Assembly (NCBI GenBank): GCA_964291395.2
Contig: OZ219858.1
Span: 256,001-320,000 of the forward strand
DNA from: Alphaproteobacteria bacterium
Lineage (GTDB): Bacteria; Pseudomonadota; Alphaproteobacteria; UBA2966
Length of the DNA stretch: 64,000 bases
Direction: 5' to 3'
Position 1 is the stretch's first letter. Every line of letters begins with the position of its first letter. The notes under the pieces are model-generated. The model ran no database searches. It saw only the letters and a list, made by a program, of their open reading frames with translations, and had not been told where the DNA came from. Positions 7,310 through 16,890 of the stretch are shown in pieces. Both the position numbers and the translations under genes were made by a program.

Positions 7310-8899
7310 TCAGTCCAGCGCTTCCTCCACGGCGAGTTCGCCCGACGCTCCGGTTTCGTCGGACTCTCCCCCGGGTTCCGCAGGCACCTCGTCGTCGAAC
7401 CAGTGAGCTCGAGCGGCCATGATGATGGCGTCAGCCTCCTCGGGCGTGAACTCGGCATCTGGAAGGATTTCCATCAATTCGTCGCTCGCCAGGTCACCGA
7501 GGTCATCGAGGGTCTTGACGCCGTTCTCGCCCAGAATGACCAGCATGGCGGGAGACAACGCTTCCATGGCGGCGAGATCGTCGGCTACCCCGAGTTCGCG
7601 ACGTTGAGCCTCCAGCCGCGCGTTTTCTTCCTTGATGCAGGCTTCGGCCCGCCGATGAAGCTCCTCGGCGATTTCCTCGTCGAAACCCTCGATTTCGGTC
7701 ATCTCCTCTATCGAAACGTAAGCAACTTCCTCCACGGAAGAGAATCCTTCGATGACCAGCAATTGAGCGATCATTTCGTCAACGTCCAGCAGGTCGATGA
7801 ACATCTGGCTGCGGCGCCGGAATTCCTCCTGCCGCCGTTCGGACTCTTCAGCCTCTGTCAGAATATCAATGTCCCATCCGGTCAGTTGCGAGGCCAGACG
7901 CACGTTCTGACCGCGCCGGCCGATCGCCAGACTGAGCTGATCGTCTGGCACGACAACCTCGATACGGCGGAAGTCCTCATCGAGCACGACCTTTGCGACC
8001 TCCGCGGGAGCCAAGGCATTGACGATAAAAGTGGCGGGATCCGGGGACCAAGGAATGATGTCGATCTTCTCTCCCTGGAGCTCATTCACCACCGCCTGGA
8101 CACGGCTGCCGCGCATGCCGACACAGGCTCCCACCGGGTCGATACTCGTGTCGTTCGACAGAACCGCGATCTTGGCCCGACTTCCCGGATCTCTCGCAAC
8201 CGCCTTGATCTCGATGATTCCATCGTATATTTCGGGCACCTCCTGCCCGAACAAGCGCGCCATGAATTGGGGATGGGTGCGCGAGAGGAAAATCTGAGGG
8301 CCACGCGGCTCACGGCGCACGTCATAGATGTAAGCGCGAATCCGATCGCCCTGATGAAAGGACTCGCGGGGGAGGATCTCGTCGCGCCGAACCACGGCCT
8401 CGGCCCGCCCCAGATCGACGGTTACGTTGCCATATTCGACTCGTTTGACCAAGCCGTTAACGATGTCTCCGATGCGGTCCTTGTACTCCTCGTATTGACG
8501 TTCACGCTCGGCGTCGCGAACCTTTTGAACGATGACCTGTTTGGCCGTCTGTGCTGCGATCCGGCCAAATGCAATGGGCGGAAGCGGTTCAGCCAAGATA
8601 TCGCCCAACTGCGCATCAGGATTGCGTTCGCGCGCGACGTCCATGCTGATTTCCGTGCTGTCATTTTCGATGAGGTCGACAACTTCGAGGCAGCGGAACA
8701 ATCGAATTTCCCCTGTATCCTCGTCAATCTCCGCCCGTATGTCGTTCTCGTGTCCATACTTCGAGCGGGCCGCCTTTTGGATGGCTTCCTCCATCGCTTC
8801 GATGACGGTTCTCTTTTCAATGCTCTTCTCCTGCGCCACCGAATCGGCGATCTGCAGAAGTTCCATACGATTCCAGCTTGTCGCGATTTCTGACTCCAT
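7310..8899 (-). CDS. nusA: Transcription termination/antitermination factor NusA
   Basis: ELLQIAD, FGRIAAQTAKQV, ARDPGSRAKIAV, DPVGACVGMRGSRV and AIGRRGQNVRLA, with acidic C-terminal repeats. Confidence 0.98.
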   Translation of the reverse strand: MESEIATSWNRMELLQIADSVAQEKSIEKRTVIEAMEEAIQKAARSKYGHENDIRAEIDEDTGEIRLFRCLEVVDLIENDSTEISMDVARERNPDAQLGDILAEPLPPIAFGRIAAQTAKQVIVQKVRDAERERQYEEYKDRIGDIVNGLVKRVEYGNVTVDLGRAEAVVRRDEILPRESFHQGDRIRAYIYDVRREPRGPQIFLSRTHPQFMARLFGQEVPEIYDGIIEIKAVARDPGSRAKIAVLSNDTSIDPVGACVGMRGSRVQAVVNELQGEKIDIIPWSPDPATFIVNALAPAEVAKVVLDEDFRRIEVVVPDDQLSLAIGRRGQNVRLASQLTGWDIDILTEAEESERRQEEFRRRSQMFIDLLDVDEMIAQLLVIEGFSSVEEVAYVSIEEMTEIEGFDEEIAEELHRRAEACIKEENARLEAQRRELGVADDLAAMEALSPAMLVILGENGVKTLDDLGDLASDELMEILPDAEFTPEEADAIIMAARAHWFDDEVPAEPGGESDETGASGELAVEEALD

Positions 8900-8911
8900 A
8901 ATTCCTGCCGT

Positions 8912-9436
8912 CTATTCGCTATTTCCGTTATTTCCCGACGTCTCTCGATTCGAGCCCGCTTCGATGAGGTCATCCGTCGGCACAAGTCTGGCCGACGCGA
9001 TTTCATCGAACGGGATCTCGAATACATCGTCGCCTGCACCGTCCGGTGCGGAAATTCTCACGCAATCCTCGACAAGACCCAACAATCGACCCCGATAGCG
9101 GCGACGGCCCTCGTTCGCGTGGCGAACCTCCACCTTGATCTCGAATCCGGAGAACTGCTCGAAATCTTCACGGCGCACCAACGGGCGATCAATGCCGGGC
9201 GAACTCACCTCCAACATGTATGGGCCAGGAATTGGATCCTCGACGTCAAGTATCACGGAGACCATCCGACTCAGTTCTGCACAATGATCGACCGTCATCG
9301 GGCCACCGTCCCATGGCTCGGCCATAACCTGAAGAGTACGTCCTCCGCTTCCCATCAACCTCACACGGACCACGCGAAAGCCGGCGTGTTCCAATGATGG
9401 GGCGATCAACTCTTCGATGCGAGCCGCAGGCTCCAT
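8912..9436 (-). CDS. rimP: Ribosome maturation factor RimP
   Basis: YMLEVSSPGIDRPL motif, directly upstream of nusA. Start is 9436 or 9454. Confidence 0.95.
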   Translation of the reverse strand: MEPAARIEELIAPSLEHAGFRVVRVRLMGSGGRTLQVMAEPWDGGPMTVDHCAELSRMVSVILDVEDPIPGPYMLEVSSPGIDRPLVRREDFEQFSGFEIKVEVRHANEGRRRYRGRLLGLVEDCVRISAPDGAGDDVFEIPFDEIASARLVPTDDLIEAGSNRETSGNNGNSE

Positions 9437-9454
9437 TGCCTCGGCGTCTCCCAT

Positions 9455-9478
9455 AAAAAAAGTGGGCCGCCGGCCCAC
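9455..9478 (-). terminator. rimP-leader intrinsic terminator/attenuator hairpin
   Basis: Minus strand GTGGGCC-GGC-GGCCCAC followed by T7, just upstream of rimP. Confidence 0.75.
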
Positions 9479-9530
9479 CGCGGAAAATCACAAGTTTTGT
9501 CGAGCCACACCAACCGTACCAATGCCCGGC

Positions 9531-9558
9531 ATATTAACCGAGCCGCACATGACTTCAA
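9531..9558 (-). promoter_or_regulatory. Putative sigma70 promoter of rimP-nusA
   Basis: TTGAAG-N16-TAATAT on the minus strand, upstream of the leader hairpin. Confidence 0.45.
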
Positions 9559-9598
9559 GGCTTTTTCGGCTGTCGCTGCAGCTATGGCGACACCCCCG

Positions 9599-10354
9599 TC
9601 ACTTTACCTCGTCGTCCGTTTTGGCGGCTCGGGTACAGCGTCGGAACGTCAAGTAGGTGCAGGTTTGACCCCGGGCAACGGCTTTTCGTTCGTAACGGGT
9701 CTCGGGCCAGTCCCTGGCCCTGTGACGCCAGTCACCAGATCGGATCGCCGGCCATTCCCAGGCGACATGGTTGACCATGTGCCAAAGAGTCCAGCGTGCG
9801 TATTCGGCGTGATCCGTGGCGAACCGGAATGCTGCGCCATCGACGAGAACACGCGCGATGCGATCCAGGTTCGCTGGCGAGATGAATCGCCGCTTGTGAT
9901 GGCGGCGCTTCGGCCAGGGATCCGGAAACAGGAGGAACAAGCGGCCAATACTAGCATCGGGCAGGGCATCGAGCAGAACCTGAGCATCGTCATCGTGAAT
10001 CAATATGTTCTCGATCCCCTCGGAATCGATGGTGCGGAGCAGCCCTGATATGCCGTCGATGTAGAGTTCGCATCCGATGAAGAGCGTGCCTGGATGCGCT
10101 CGCGCCTGGGCCGCGAGATGCTCTCCTTGTCCAAAACCGACTTCGAGCCAGATATCCGAATAGTTACGAAACGGGCCCGAAGGCAACTGCCGTACGAGCG
10201 CATGGAAATCTGCCATCGGTACTCGAAGCCGGGGCAACAAGTCTTCAAGGAGCCGCCTTCGCCCGGGACGTAGTCTGCGCCCGCGTCGCCGCCCATAATG
10301 GGTATGTTCGCGCCGATCCGCAGGCGAAGGTGTTCGTACCCCGACGGACGGCAC
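9599..10354 (-). CDS. trmB: tRNA (guanine-N7)-methyltransferase
   Basis: LEVGFGQGEH, FPDPWPKRRHHKRR, FATD and TRYERK. Confidence 0.95.
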   Translation of the reverse strand: MPSVGVRTPSPADRREHTHYGRRRGRRLRPGRRRLLEDLLPRLRVPMADFHALVRQLPSGPFRNYSDIWLEVGFGQGEHLAAQARAHPGTLFIGCELYIDGISGLLRTIDSEGIENILIHDDDAQVLLDALPDASIGRLFLLFPDPWPKRRHHKRRFISPANLDRIARVLVDGAAFRFATDHAEYARWTLWHMVNHVAWEWPAIRSGDWRHRARDWPETRYERKAVARGQTCTYLTFRRCTRAAKTDDEVK

Positions 10355-10360
10355 GTCCTG

Positions 10361-10837
10361 TTAGTCTTCCTTCGGCATTCCGCCGGTTCCCGGAGAAACA
10401 CCCGCAATCGCTTTCGTAAGCTCAAATACGCGTTTGCGTACGGCGGGCTTCCTGATCCTGTAGTGCGCTCTCACCAGCTCCAGAGTTTCGCGACGGGCAA
10501 ATTGGTCCCGCTGAAAGCGCTCAGAAGAATTGAGCGACACCCCAGGCTGGCCGCGCACAATCTCCTCCGGCTTGTCATCGAAAAAGAATGAGACCGGCAC
10601 GCCGAGAACCTGCGCGAACCGGAACGGGCGGCGACTGGAGCCAACCCTGTTCGTGCCGCGCTCGTATTTCTGACTCTGTTGGAATGTTGGACCGACCGCA
10701 GCGCCCGGCTTTTCCTGGCTCATGCCGAGAAGGGTACGGCGGAGACGAACCCCGGATCCAGCGTGGACGTCAACGGGATTTGGTATGCTGACCACGCTTC
10801 TTGAACTCCACTTCGTTGCGACCACCGGTTGTCTCAA
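10361..10837 (-). CDS. XRE-family helix-turn-helix regulator, apparently degenerate (possible in-frame pseudogene)
   Basis: Recognisable PNPVDVH...LLGMSQEK...TFQQxQKYERG...VPVSFFFD...RETLELVRA pattern, but with Pro at normally Leu positions. Confidence 0.8.
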   Translation of the reverse strand: MRQPVVATKWSSRSVVSIPNPVDVHAGSGVRLRRTLLGMSQEKPGAAVGPTFQQSQKYERGTNRVGSSRRPFRFAQVLGVPVSFFFDDKPEEIVRGQPGVSLNSSERFQRDQFARRETLELVRAHYRIRKPAVRKRVFELTKAIAGVSPGTGGMPKED

Positions 10838-11030
10838 TGTGGTTCAAAATCGAGAGCTTCGGCCGGTAGCCAGCCCATCATTAACTACTATTTCTCCGAG
10901 CGCGTCTACGGCCGGTTCCGCCCCGCCTCATCAATGCCGGCGACGGGCGCCGCGAGCAGTCGTTCATTTTTTAAGGAACCCGGGACAATCGCACCCAATT
11001 CGCGACAAATCCGACATCCATGCATAACTT

Positions 11031-12602
11031 CTATGTCTTCGGCACGATCCTGAAAACTCTAATAGCCATTGCATAGATCAGCACGGCAAAGAGAATCGTC
11101 AGCAATCCGAAATCACCCCAGCGCGCATAGAGGGTAGGATGCTCCAAGGACGCTGGGAGTGGCGCGTCGATGACCGCGGTCTTTCCGAGGGCGGTCTTCA
11201 GTACGACCCTGCCGCGGGCGTCGGCGATCCCCGAAATCCCGGTATTGGCGACTCGAACCAGCGGTACCCCCTCCTCCGCGGCCCGGACTCGGGCCATGGC
11301 GAAATGTTGATGGGGCCCTGCCGTGAGACCGAACCAGGCATCGTTCGTCACATTCAGGAGCCATAGAGGTCGCGTCGTGTCGGACGTGACATCGCCCGGG
11401 AATATGGCTTCGTAACAAACCAGAATTCCGACCGGCGGCAGCCCCGGAAGATTCAACGTCGTATTTCCTTGGCCGGCCTGAAAGTCGCCTTGCCCCGAGG
11501 CGATTCGCTCGACGCCGACCCGGCGGAGGAGCGGCCGAAACGGCACATACTCTCCGAATGGAAGGAGGTGCGATTTATCGAACGTGCCGACGATCTGTCC
11601 GGTGTGATCGACGGCGTGAACGGAGTTCCATACCCGCCGCGGCGTTTCTCTCTCGATCGTCGTTCGAGGCGCGCCCGTGATGACCAAACCTCCTGGGTTT
11701 GCGAGCCTCCCGATCGCCCGAGACAGATCGGAATCGTTCGCCAGAAAGTAGGGCACCGCTGTCTCAGCCCAGATGACGTGGGTCACGGCATTCGAGCCGG
11801 ACCGAGAGCTCAGTTGAAAATGCCGCGCGAGATTGGCGCGCCGGTGCTCCTCCTGCCACTTGTGGCGCTGGGCGATGTTGGCTTGGACCAGACGCAAAGT
11901 CACGTTCGGCACGTTTCCGGGGTCCACGCCCGCTAGGCGAAGCGTGCCACCGAGCCAGACGACGGCGATCAAAGCCGCGGCAGCGGCCATGGGACCATAG
12001 TGGCGGGCCGGGGAGAGGGAGTTCGCGTCCCCGGCTAGCGTCGCCGGCATGGCCGCGGCGAGAACGATCAAGAACCCCAGACCATAGATGCCTATTAGCG
12101 CCGTGACCTGCAAGAGCGCATCGGAAGCGATGGCTGTGTAACCGATGAGATTCCACGGGAACCCCGTGAATGCATGGCCCCGGAGCCATTCGCCCGCGCT
12201 CCAGGCGCCAGCCAGAACAATCACTCGGCTGGCCCCGCGAATCCCTGATACATGGACCACCAGCGTCACCAACGCGGCCGACACCGCAAGCGCTGCCGGC
12301 AGACCGAGCGCGGCGAAGGGTATCATCCAGCCTACCCGCTCCGGTTCGATCAGCAATGCAAACGAAATCCAATAGAGTCCAAACCCAAGATATCCATATC
12401 CGAACCACCATCCCGCTAAGCACGCCGACCTCGGGCTAGCACATCCGTCAAGTATCCAGACCAAGCCGGTGAAGCCGATAATCAGAGCTGGCCACACGTG
12501 AAGGGGGGGGAGTGAGACGGTCATCGAGGCTCCCAGCACAAACGCCAGGAGGTACCGCCGCCAACCTTCGATACCGATCAGCCGCCGGCGGAGCCAAGCC
12601 AT
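11031..12602 (-). CDS. lnt: Apolipoprotein N-acyltransferase
   Basis: TGFPWNLIGY, and the E-K-C triad contexts WAETA, DKSHLLPFGEY and CYEAIFP, plus NDAWFG. Confidence 0.96.
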   Translation of the reverse strand: MAWLRRRLIGIEGWRRYLLAFVLGASMTVSLPPLHVWPALIIGFTGLVWILDGCASPRSACLAGWWFGYGYLGFGLYWISFALLIEPERVGWMIPFAALGLPAALAVSAALVTLVVHVSGIRGASRVIVLAGAWSAGEWLRGHAFTGFPWNLIGYTAIASDALLQVTALIGIYGLGFLIVLAAAMPATLAGDANSLSPARHYGPMAAAAALIAVVWLGGTLRLAGVDPGNVPNVTLRLVQANIAQRHKWQEEHRRANLARHFQLSSRSGSNAVTHVIWAETAVPYFLANDSDLSRAIGRLANPGGLVITGAPRTTIERETPRRVWNSVHAVDHTGQIVGTFDKSHLLPFGEYVPFRPLLRRVGVERIASGQGDFQAGQGNTTLNLPGLPPVGILVCYEAIFPGDVTSDTTRPLWLLNVTNDAWFGLTAGPHQHFAMARVRAAEEGVPLVRVANTGISGIADARGRVVLKTALGKTAVIDAPLPASLEHPTLYARWGDFGLLTILFAVLIYAMAIRVFRIVPKT

Positions 12603-12633
12603 GTCGCGACGTCCGCTACCTTGCGAGGATCGA

Positions 12634-13587
12634 CTACTTCGCCGCAGCCGACGACGTATTTGATACGGAGTGCCTTTCCGGGAGCCCGCGAACCCGAAGG
12701 CGCTTCACACGCCGGGGATCCGCATCCAACACCTCAAACTCAAGGCCGGAGGGATGCGATATCAGTTCCCCTCGCTGTGGTACACGTCCAAACAAGGAAA
12801 ATACGAACCCGCCGAGGGTATCGATATCTTCGTCGCGCTCCTCCGGGAGCAGATCGACCCCCACTCGCGCCTCGAATTCGTCGATGTCGGCGCGTCCGTC
12901 CGCAACCAAAACTCCATCAGGTCGCTCTTCTATGGTCGGAGCTTCGACCTGATCATGCTCGTCTTCGATTTCGCCGACGATCTCCTCGACAAGATCCTCG
13001 ATGGTGACGAGTCCATCGGTACCACCGAACTCGTCAACGACGAGCGCCATGTGAATCCGTCCCTCGCGCATCCGCAACAGCAGGTCGAGTACCGACATGG
13101 TCGGCGGCACGAACAGCACATCGTGCGCGACATCAACGAGGTTGAAGTCCGTTCGTCCCTCCCAATACGCGAGGAGATCCTTGATATGCACGAACCCCAG
13201 AACGTGATCCAGCGTGTCCTGATAAATCGGTAGCCGAGAATGGAACGCCTCATGCATCGCTTCGACCACCTTGTCGAGCGGCGCATCAACTTCGATGGCC
13301 ACGATGTCGGGACGCGGAACCATGACGTCGTCGACCCGCAGCCGATGCAGCTTGAGGATATTCATCAGCATCAGCCGCTCTTCCCGGTTAAACGGCCCTT
13401 GCTCGTCCTCGGATTCCTCTATGAGCTCGGAAAGGCTCTCACGCAGCATCTCGTCGCCGTTCCGGCCACGAGACGTCCCGCGCAGCCAAGTCAACAGATT
13501 TTGCGCAAGAGAAGAGTCGTCGGTTCCGTCGCCGTCGGTATCGGAGTGGGTCAAGTTCCGATCGGCGACATCAGTTGGCTTCATCAT
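12634..13587 (-). CDS. HlyC/CorC family CBS-domain protein
   Basis: DVMVPR, HSRLP and VVDEFGGTDGLVTIEDLVEEIVGEIEDEHD, with a CorC C-terminal domain. Confidence 0.93.
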   Translation of the reverse strand: MMKPTDVADRNLTHSDTDGDGTDDSSLAQNLLTWLRGTSRGRNGDEMLRESLSELIEESEDEQGPFNREERLMLMNILKLHRLRVDDVMVPRPDIVAIEVDAPLDKVVEAMHEAFHSRLPIYQDTLDHVLGFVHIKDLLAYWEGRTDFNLVDVAHDVLFVPPTMSVLDLLLRMREGRIHMALVVDEFGGTDGLVTIEDLVEEIVGEIEDEHDQVEAPTIEERPDGVLVADGRADIDEFEARVGVDLLPEERDEDIDTLGGFVFSLFGRVPQRGELISHPSGLEFEVLDADPRRVKRLRVRGLPERHSVSNTSSAAAK

Positions 13588-13593
13588 ACCGGT

Positions 13594-14151
13594 TCACTTA
13601 ATCAGAGCGACGCTGTCCGCATATGGGTTCGGAATTCCCATCTCCCCGAGGATCGATGCCTCCAACTCCTCCATGACATCGGCTTCGGTTTCGGAATCAT
13701 GGCGGTGGTCGAGTAAATGCAGAGTCCCATGAACCACTAGATGCCTCAGGTGATCCGCGAACGGTGTGCCGCGCTGACTCGCCTCCCGAGAAACCGTGTC
13801 ACACGAAATCACGACATCACCGAGCATCCGGGGCGCACCGACCGGCACCGATTCGCCGGGCGAATCACAAGGAAACGCGAGCACGTTGGTCGGTCGGTCC
13901 ACCCCCCGACCTTCCCGGTTGAGACGCTGCAGCAATTCATCGTCGGCCAAGACGACAGACACTTCCATAAGCACATCCGGCGGGTCAACGACCGCCAGGA
14001 CACCGCCGACCGCCTGATGACACAGTGCCTCGGCATCCAGCATCCTCGAGCGCCATTTCGGACTCTTGATGGCAACCGCGACCTCTATCCCCGTGGCACG
14101 GTTCCGGTGCTGAATGGTCGGCCTATCGGATGGGTCGGGATCCTCAATCAT
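13594..14151 (-). CDS. ybeY: rRNA maturation endoribonuclease YbeY
   Basis: PTNVLAFP, LGDVVI and HLVVHGTLHLLDHRH metal-binding motif. Confidence 0.93.
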   Translation of the reverse strand: MIEDPDPSDRPTIQHRNRATGIEVAVAIKSPKWRSRMLDAEALCHQAVGGVLAVVDPPDVLMEVSVVLADDELLQRLNREGRGVDRPTNVLAFPCDSPGESVPVGAPRMLGDVVISCDTVSREASQRGTPFADHLRHLVVHGTLHLLDHRHDSETEADVMEELEASILGEMGIPNPYADSVALIK

Positions 14152-15157
14152 CACGCTTCGCCTTCGAACGACGCTCTCGTTCACGATGGTCGTAGGCTTG
14201 CACGATTCGCGTTACCAGCGCATGTCTCACCACGTCCGCATCCGAGAAATGCACGATCTCGACTTCGGGAACGCCGTCGAGCATCTCCAGGGCATCCGCC
14301 AACCCCGACACCTCGCCACGCGGCAAATCGACTTGGGAGAGATCGCCGGTGACCACCATGCGCGAGTTCTCGCCAAGACGCGTGAGCAACATTTTCATTT
14401 GGACGGGGGATGTATTTTGCGCTTCGTCGACGATGACGAACGCGCTGGTCAAGGTGCGACCACGCATGAACGCGACGGGCGCAACCTCGATTTCTCCCGA
14501 CTCGAGCCGCCGAACGACCTGATCCGAAGGCAACATATGATGCAGAGCGTCGTAAAGAGGACGTAGATACGGATCGATTTTGTCCCGCAGATCTCCCGGC
14601 AAATAACCGAGCCTCTCGCCTGCCTCCACGGCTGGCCGCGACAGAATTATGCGCTCGACGAGACCCTCCAGGAGCATCGACACACCCACTGCGACCGCCA
14701 GAAATGTCTTACCAGTCCCGGCGGGTCCCAGCCCGAAAACCATTTCATGGGAATGGAGCGCGCGGACATAAGCGGCCTGCACGGGGGAACGTGGCGTAAT
14801 CACGTGCCGTCGAGTTCGGATCCGCGTGCCTTCGTCGACTATCGAGTGCAACTCACCATCTTCCGTCACCAAGGCCTCGGCCATGCGGATGGCGCCATCC
14901 ACTTCACCCACACCAACATCGAGGCCGTTCTCGAGTCTGGCATAGAGCTCGTTGAGAACTGCGCGCGTTGCCTTCTGACGCCAGGCACCCCCCTCGATCG
15001 ACAATCGATTGCCTCGAGCCGTCACCGAGACGTTCAGTTTCTGCTCAATTCGGGCCAGATTCCGATCGTGCTCTCCGAACAAGGCGGTCAAGAGACTGTT
15101 GTCGTCGAAGTCCATGTAAAGCGGCGCCGGCGCGTCCGCTTCATTCAGTGCTGCCAA
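14144..15157 (-). CDS. PhoH-like ATPase (YbeZ type)
   Basis: GPAGTGKT, SRPAVEAGERLGYLPG, FMRGRT, DEAQN and VVRH. Confidence 0.95.
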   Translation of the reverse strand: MAALNEADAPAPLYMDFDDNSLLTALFGEHDRNLARIEQKLNVSVTARGNRLSIEGGAWRQKATRAVLNELYARLENGLDVGVGEVDGAIRMAEALVTEDGELHSIVDEGTRIRTRRHVITPRSPVQAAYVRALHSHEMVFGLGPAGTGKTFLAVAVGVSMLLEGLVERIILSRPAVEAGERLGYLPGDLRDKIDPYLRPLYDALHHMLPSDQVVRRLESGEIEVAPVAFMRGRTLTSAFVIVDEAQNTSPVQMKMLLTRLGENSRMVVTGDLSQVDLPRGEVSGLADALEMLDGVPEVEIVHFSDADVVRHALVTRIVQAYDHRERERRSKAKRDD

Positions 15158-15170
15158 TTCTGTCGAATCC

Positions 15171-16535
15171 TCATGCCGCGTACGCCGATCGATCTCCGAT
15201 GTCCGCCGGGCCTGTCAACGAACCGGACAGGCTGTTGGGCAACGCAGCGTCAATACGAACCGTCGTAATCCGCCCATTATAGGAAGGGGCCGCCTCGACA
15301 TGCACGGCTTGCATGTAAGGACTGCGGCCTACCAGTTGCCCCACATATCGCCCCTGCCGTTCAAGTAGGACATCGAGCGTTCGGCCCACGGTCGCCAGGT
15401 TGAACGCACGCGCTTGCCGTCCAATCAGGTCTTGCAGTTCGGCCAGTCTTTCAGACTTCACGTCATCCGCGACTTGGTCTTCGAGACCGGCTGCCGGTGT
15501 GCCAGGACGCGGGCTGTACCGGAACGAATAGGCACTCGCGTATTCGACTTGGCAAACCAGATCGAGTGTCGATTTGAAATCAGTGTCGGTCTCACCCGGA
15601 AACCCCACGATGAAGTCGCTGGAAAGAGCGATATCCGGCCGCGCGGTACGGATCCGATCGACAAGCCGCAAGTAGTCCGCCGACGTGTGCCTGCGGTTCA
15701 TGTCCCCCAGAACACGGTCGGAGCCCGACTGCACCGGCAGGTGAAGGTAAGGCATCAGAACATCGACGTCCCCGTGAGCCGAGATGAGATCTTCACTCAT
15801 GTCGCGGGGATGAGAGGTGGTGTAGCGGAGCCTTTGGAGTCCGTCGACCTCCGCCAGTTCGTAGATCAGATCCGCCAGCGACCAGGTTTGTCCGTTACGG
15901 CCTTCGCCATGATACGCATTCACGTTCTGGCCCAAGAGCGTGAGTTCACGCGTCCCTGCCTCAACGAGTCTGCGTGCCTCCTCGAGAACATCGACGACGG
16001 GGCGCGAGTATTCCAGCCCGCGTGTGTAAGGCACCACACAGAACGTGCAGAATTTGTCACACCCTTCCTGGATGGTGAGAAACGCTGTAGGGCCTCTCGG
16101 TGCCGATTCCTCAGGCAGCGAGTCGAACTTGGCTTCGATGGGAAACTCTGTATCGACTACCGCGCGCCGTTCAACTTCGGAAATCATGTCGGGAAGCCGA
16201 TGGTACGCCTGAGGACCGAACACGACGTCGACCCACGGCGCTCGACGACGGACTTCCTCACCTTCGGCCTGCGCGACACATCCGGCCACGGCGAGTACCA
16301 TGGAGCTGCCGTCCTTCTCACGCGCGCGCTTGAGCGACCGCAGGCGGCCCAGTTCCGAATACACTTTCTCTACCGCCTTCTCACGGATATGGCATGTGTT
16401 CAGAATGACCATATCTGCTCCCTCGGGGTGGGACACGGGAGCATAGCCCAACGGCGCCAGGACATCCGTCATACGAGCAGAGTCGTAGACGTTCATCTGA
16501 CAACCGTAAGTTTTGATGAAAAGCTTTTTGTGCAA
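15171..16535 (-). CDS. miaB: tRNA-2-methylthio-N6-dimethylallyladenosine synthase MiaB
   Basis: [23 protein letters not shown], radical SAM motif CDKFCTFC and a C-terminal TRAM domain. Confidence 0.97.
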   Translation of the reverse strand: MHKKLFIKTYGCQMNVYDSARMTDVLAPLGYAPVSHPEGADMVILNTCHIREKAVEKVYSELGRLRSLKRAREKDGSSMVLAVAGCVAQAEGEEVRRRAPWVDVVFGPQAYHRLPDMISEVERRAVVDTEFPIEAKFDSLPEESAPRGPTAFLTIQEGCDKFCTFCVVPYTRGLEYSRPVVDVLEEARRLVEAGTRELTLLGQNVNAYHGEGRNGQTWSLADLIYELAEVDGLQRLRYTTSHPRDMSEDLISAHGDVDVLMPYLHLPVQSGSDRVLGDMNRRHTSADYLRLVDRIRTARPDIALSSDFIVGFPGETDTDFKSTLDLVCQVEYASAYSFRYSPRPGTPAAGLEDQVADDVKSERLAELQDLIGRQARAFNLATVGRTLDVLLERQGRYVGQLVGRSPYMQAVHVEAAPSYNGRITTVRIDAALPNSLSGSLTGPADIGDRSAYAA

Positions 16536-16630
16536 GGACGGTCTCTAGGCCCCTCGTGGAGGGCCAATCCGACGTTTCGTCGTTTGCATCGGCCTTACAA
16601 GTCCCCCGAATACTTCAAGAAACACTAGCA

Positions 16631-16650
16631 CTTGACTTTACCCTGTCAAG
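16631..16650. promoter_or_regulatory. CTTGAC-N8-GTCAAG inverted repeat overlapping a putative miaB -35 element
   Basis: Perfect 6-8-6 inverted repeat. The minus strand reads TTGACA-N16-TAGTGT. Confidence 0.45.
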
Positions 16651-16890
16651 GCGGGGTACGAACCTGGACAAATTCCATCCCCAGCGCCGAGGCGACACGC
16701 GTGGCTCCTGTCGAACAGACATCCGGCCGCACTCGAAGTAGCTTGGTCGTCCTATTCCGTCGAACGACACATGAATCCGGTACCGAGCAACGATAGACAT
16801 CTCGATGTCGTCGAAGGCGTCCACACTTCGCCTTCTGAACCGAAAGCATCACCATCGGCATCACCAACGTCACGGAAGAAGAAGTTCCGG

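Noticed and set aside
7403-8893. 496-aa ORF antisense to nusA, and similar long antisense ORFs over miaB, frmA, sucB, lpdA, atpD and ctpA
   Set aside because: Expected by-product of codon bias in GC-rich conserved genes, with no recognisable motifs.
16624-16651. TAGCACT resembling a CIRCE (HrcA) half-site upstream of miaB
   Set aside because: The second arm (GAGTGCTAA) is absent at the required N9 spacing.
16651-16890. 240-bp gap between miaB and the acyltransferase, with short ORFs in several frames
   Set aside because: Possibly another decayed gene, but no frame could be assigned to a family by eye.
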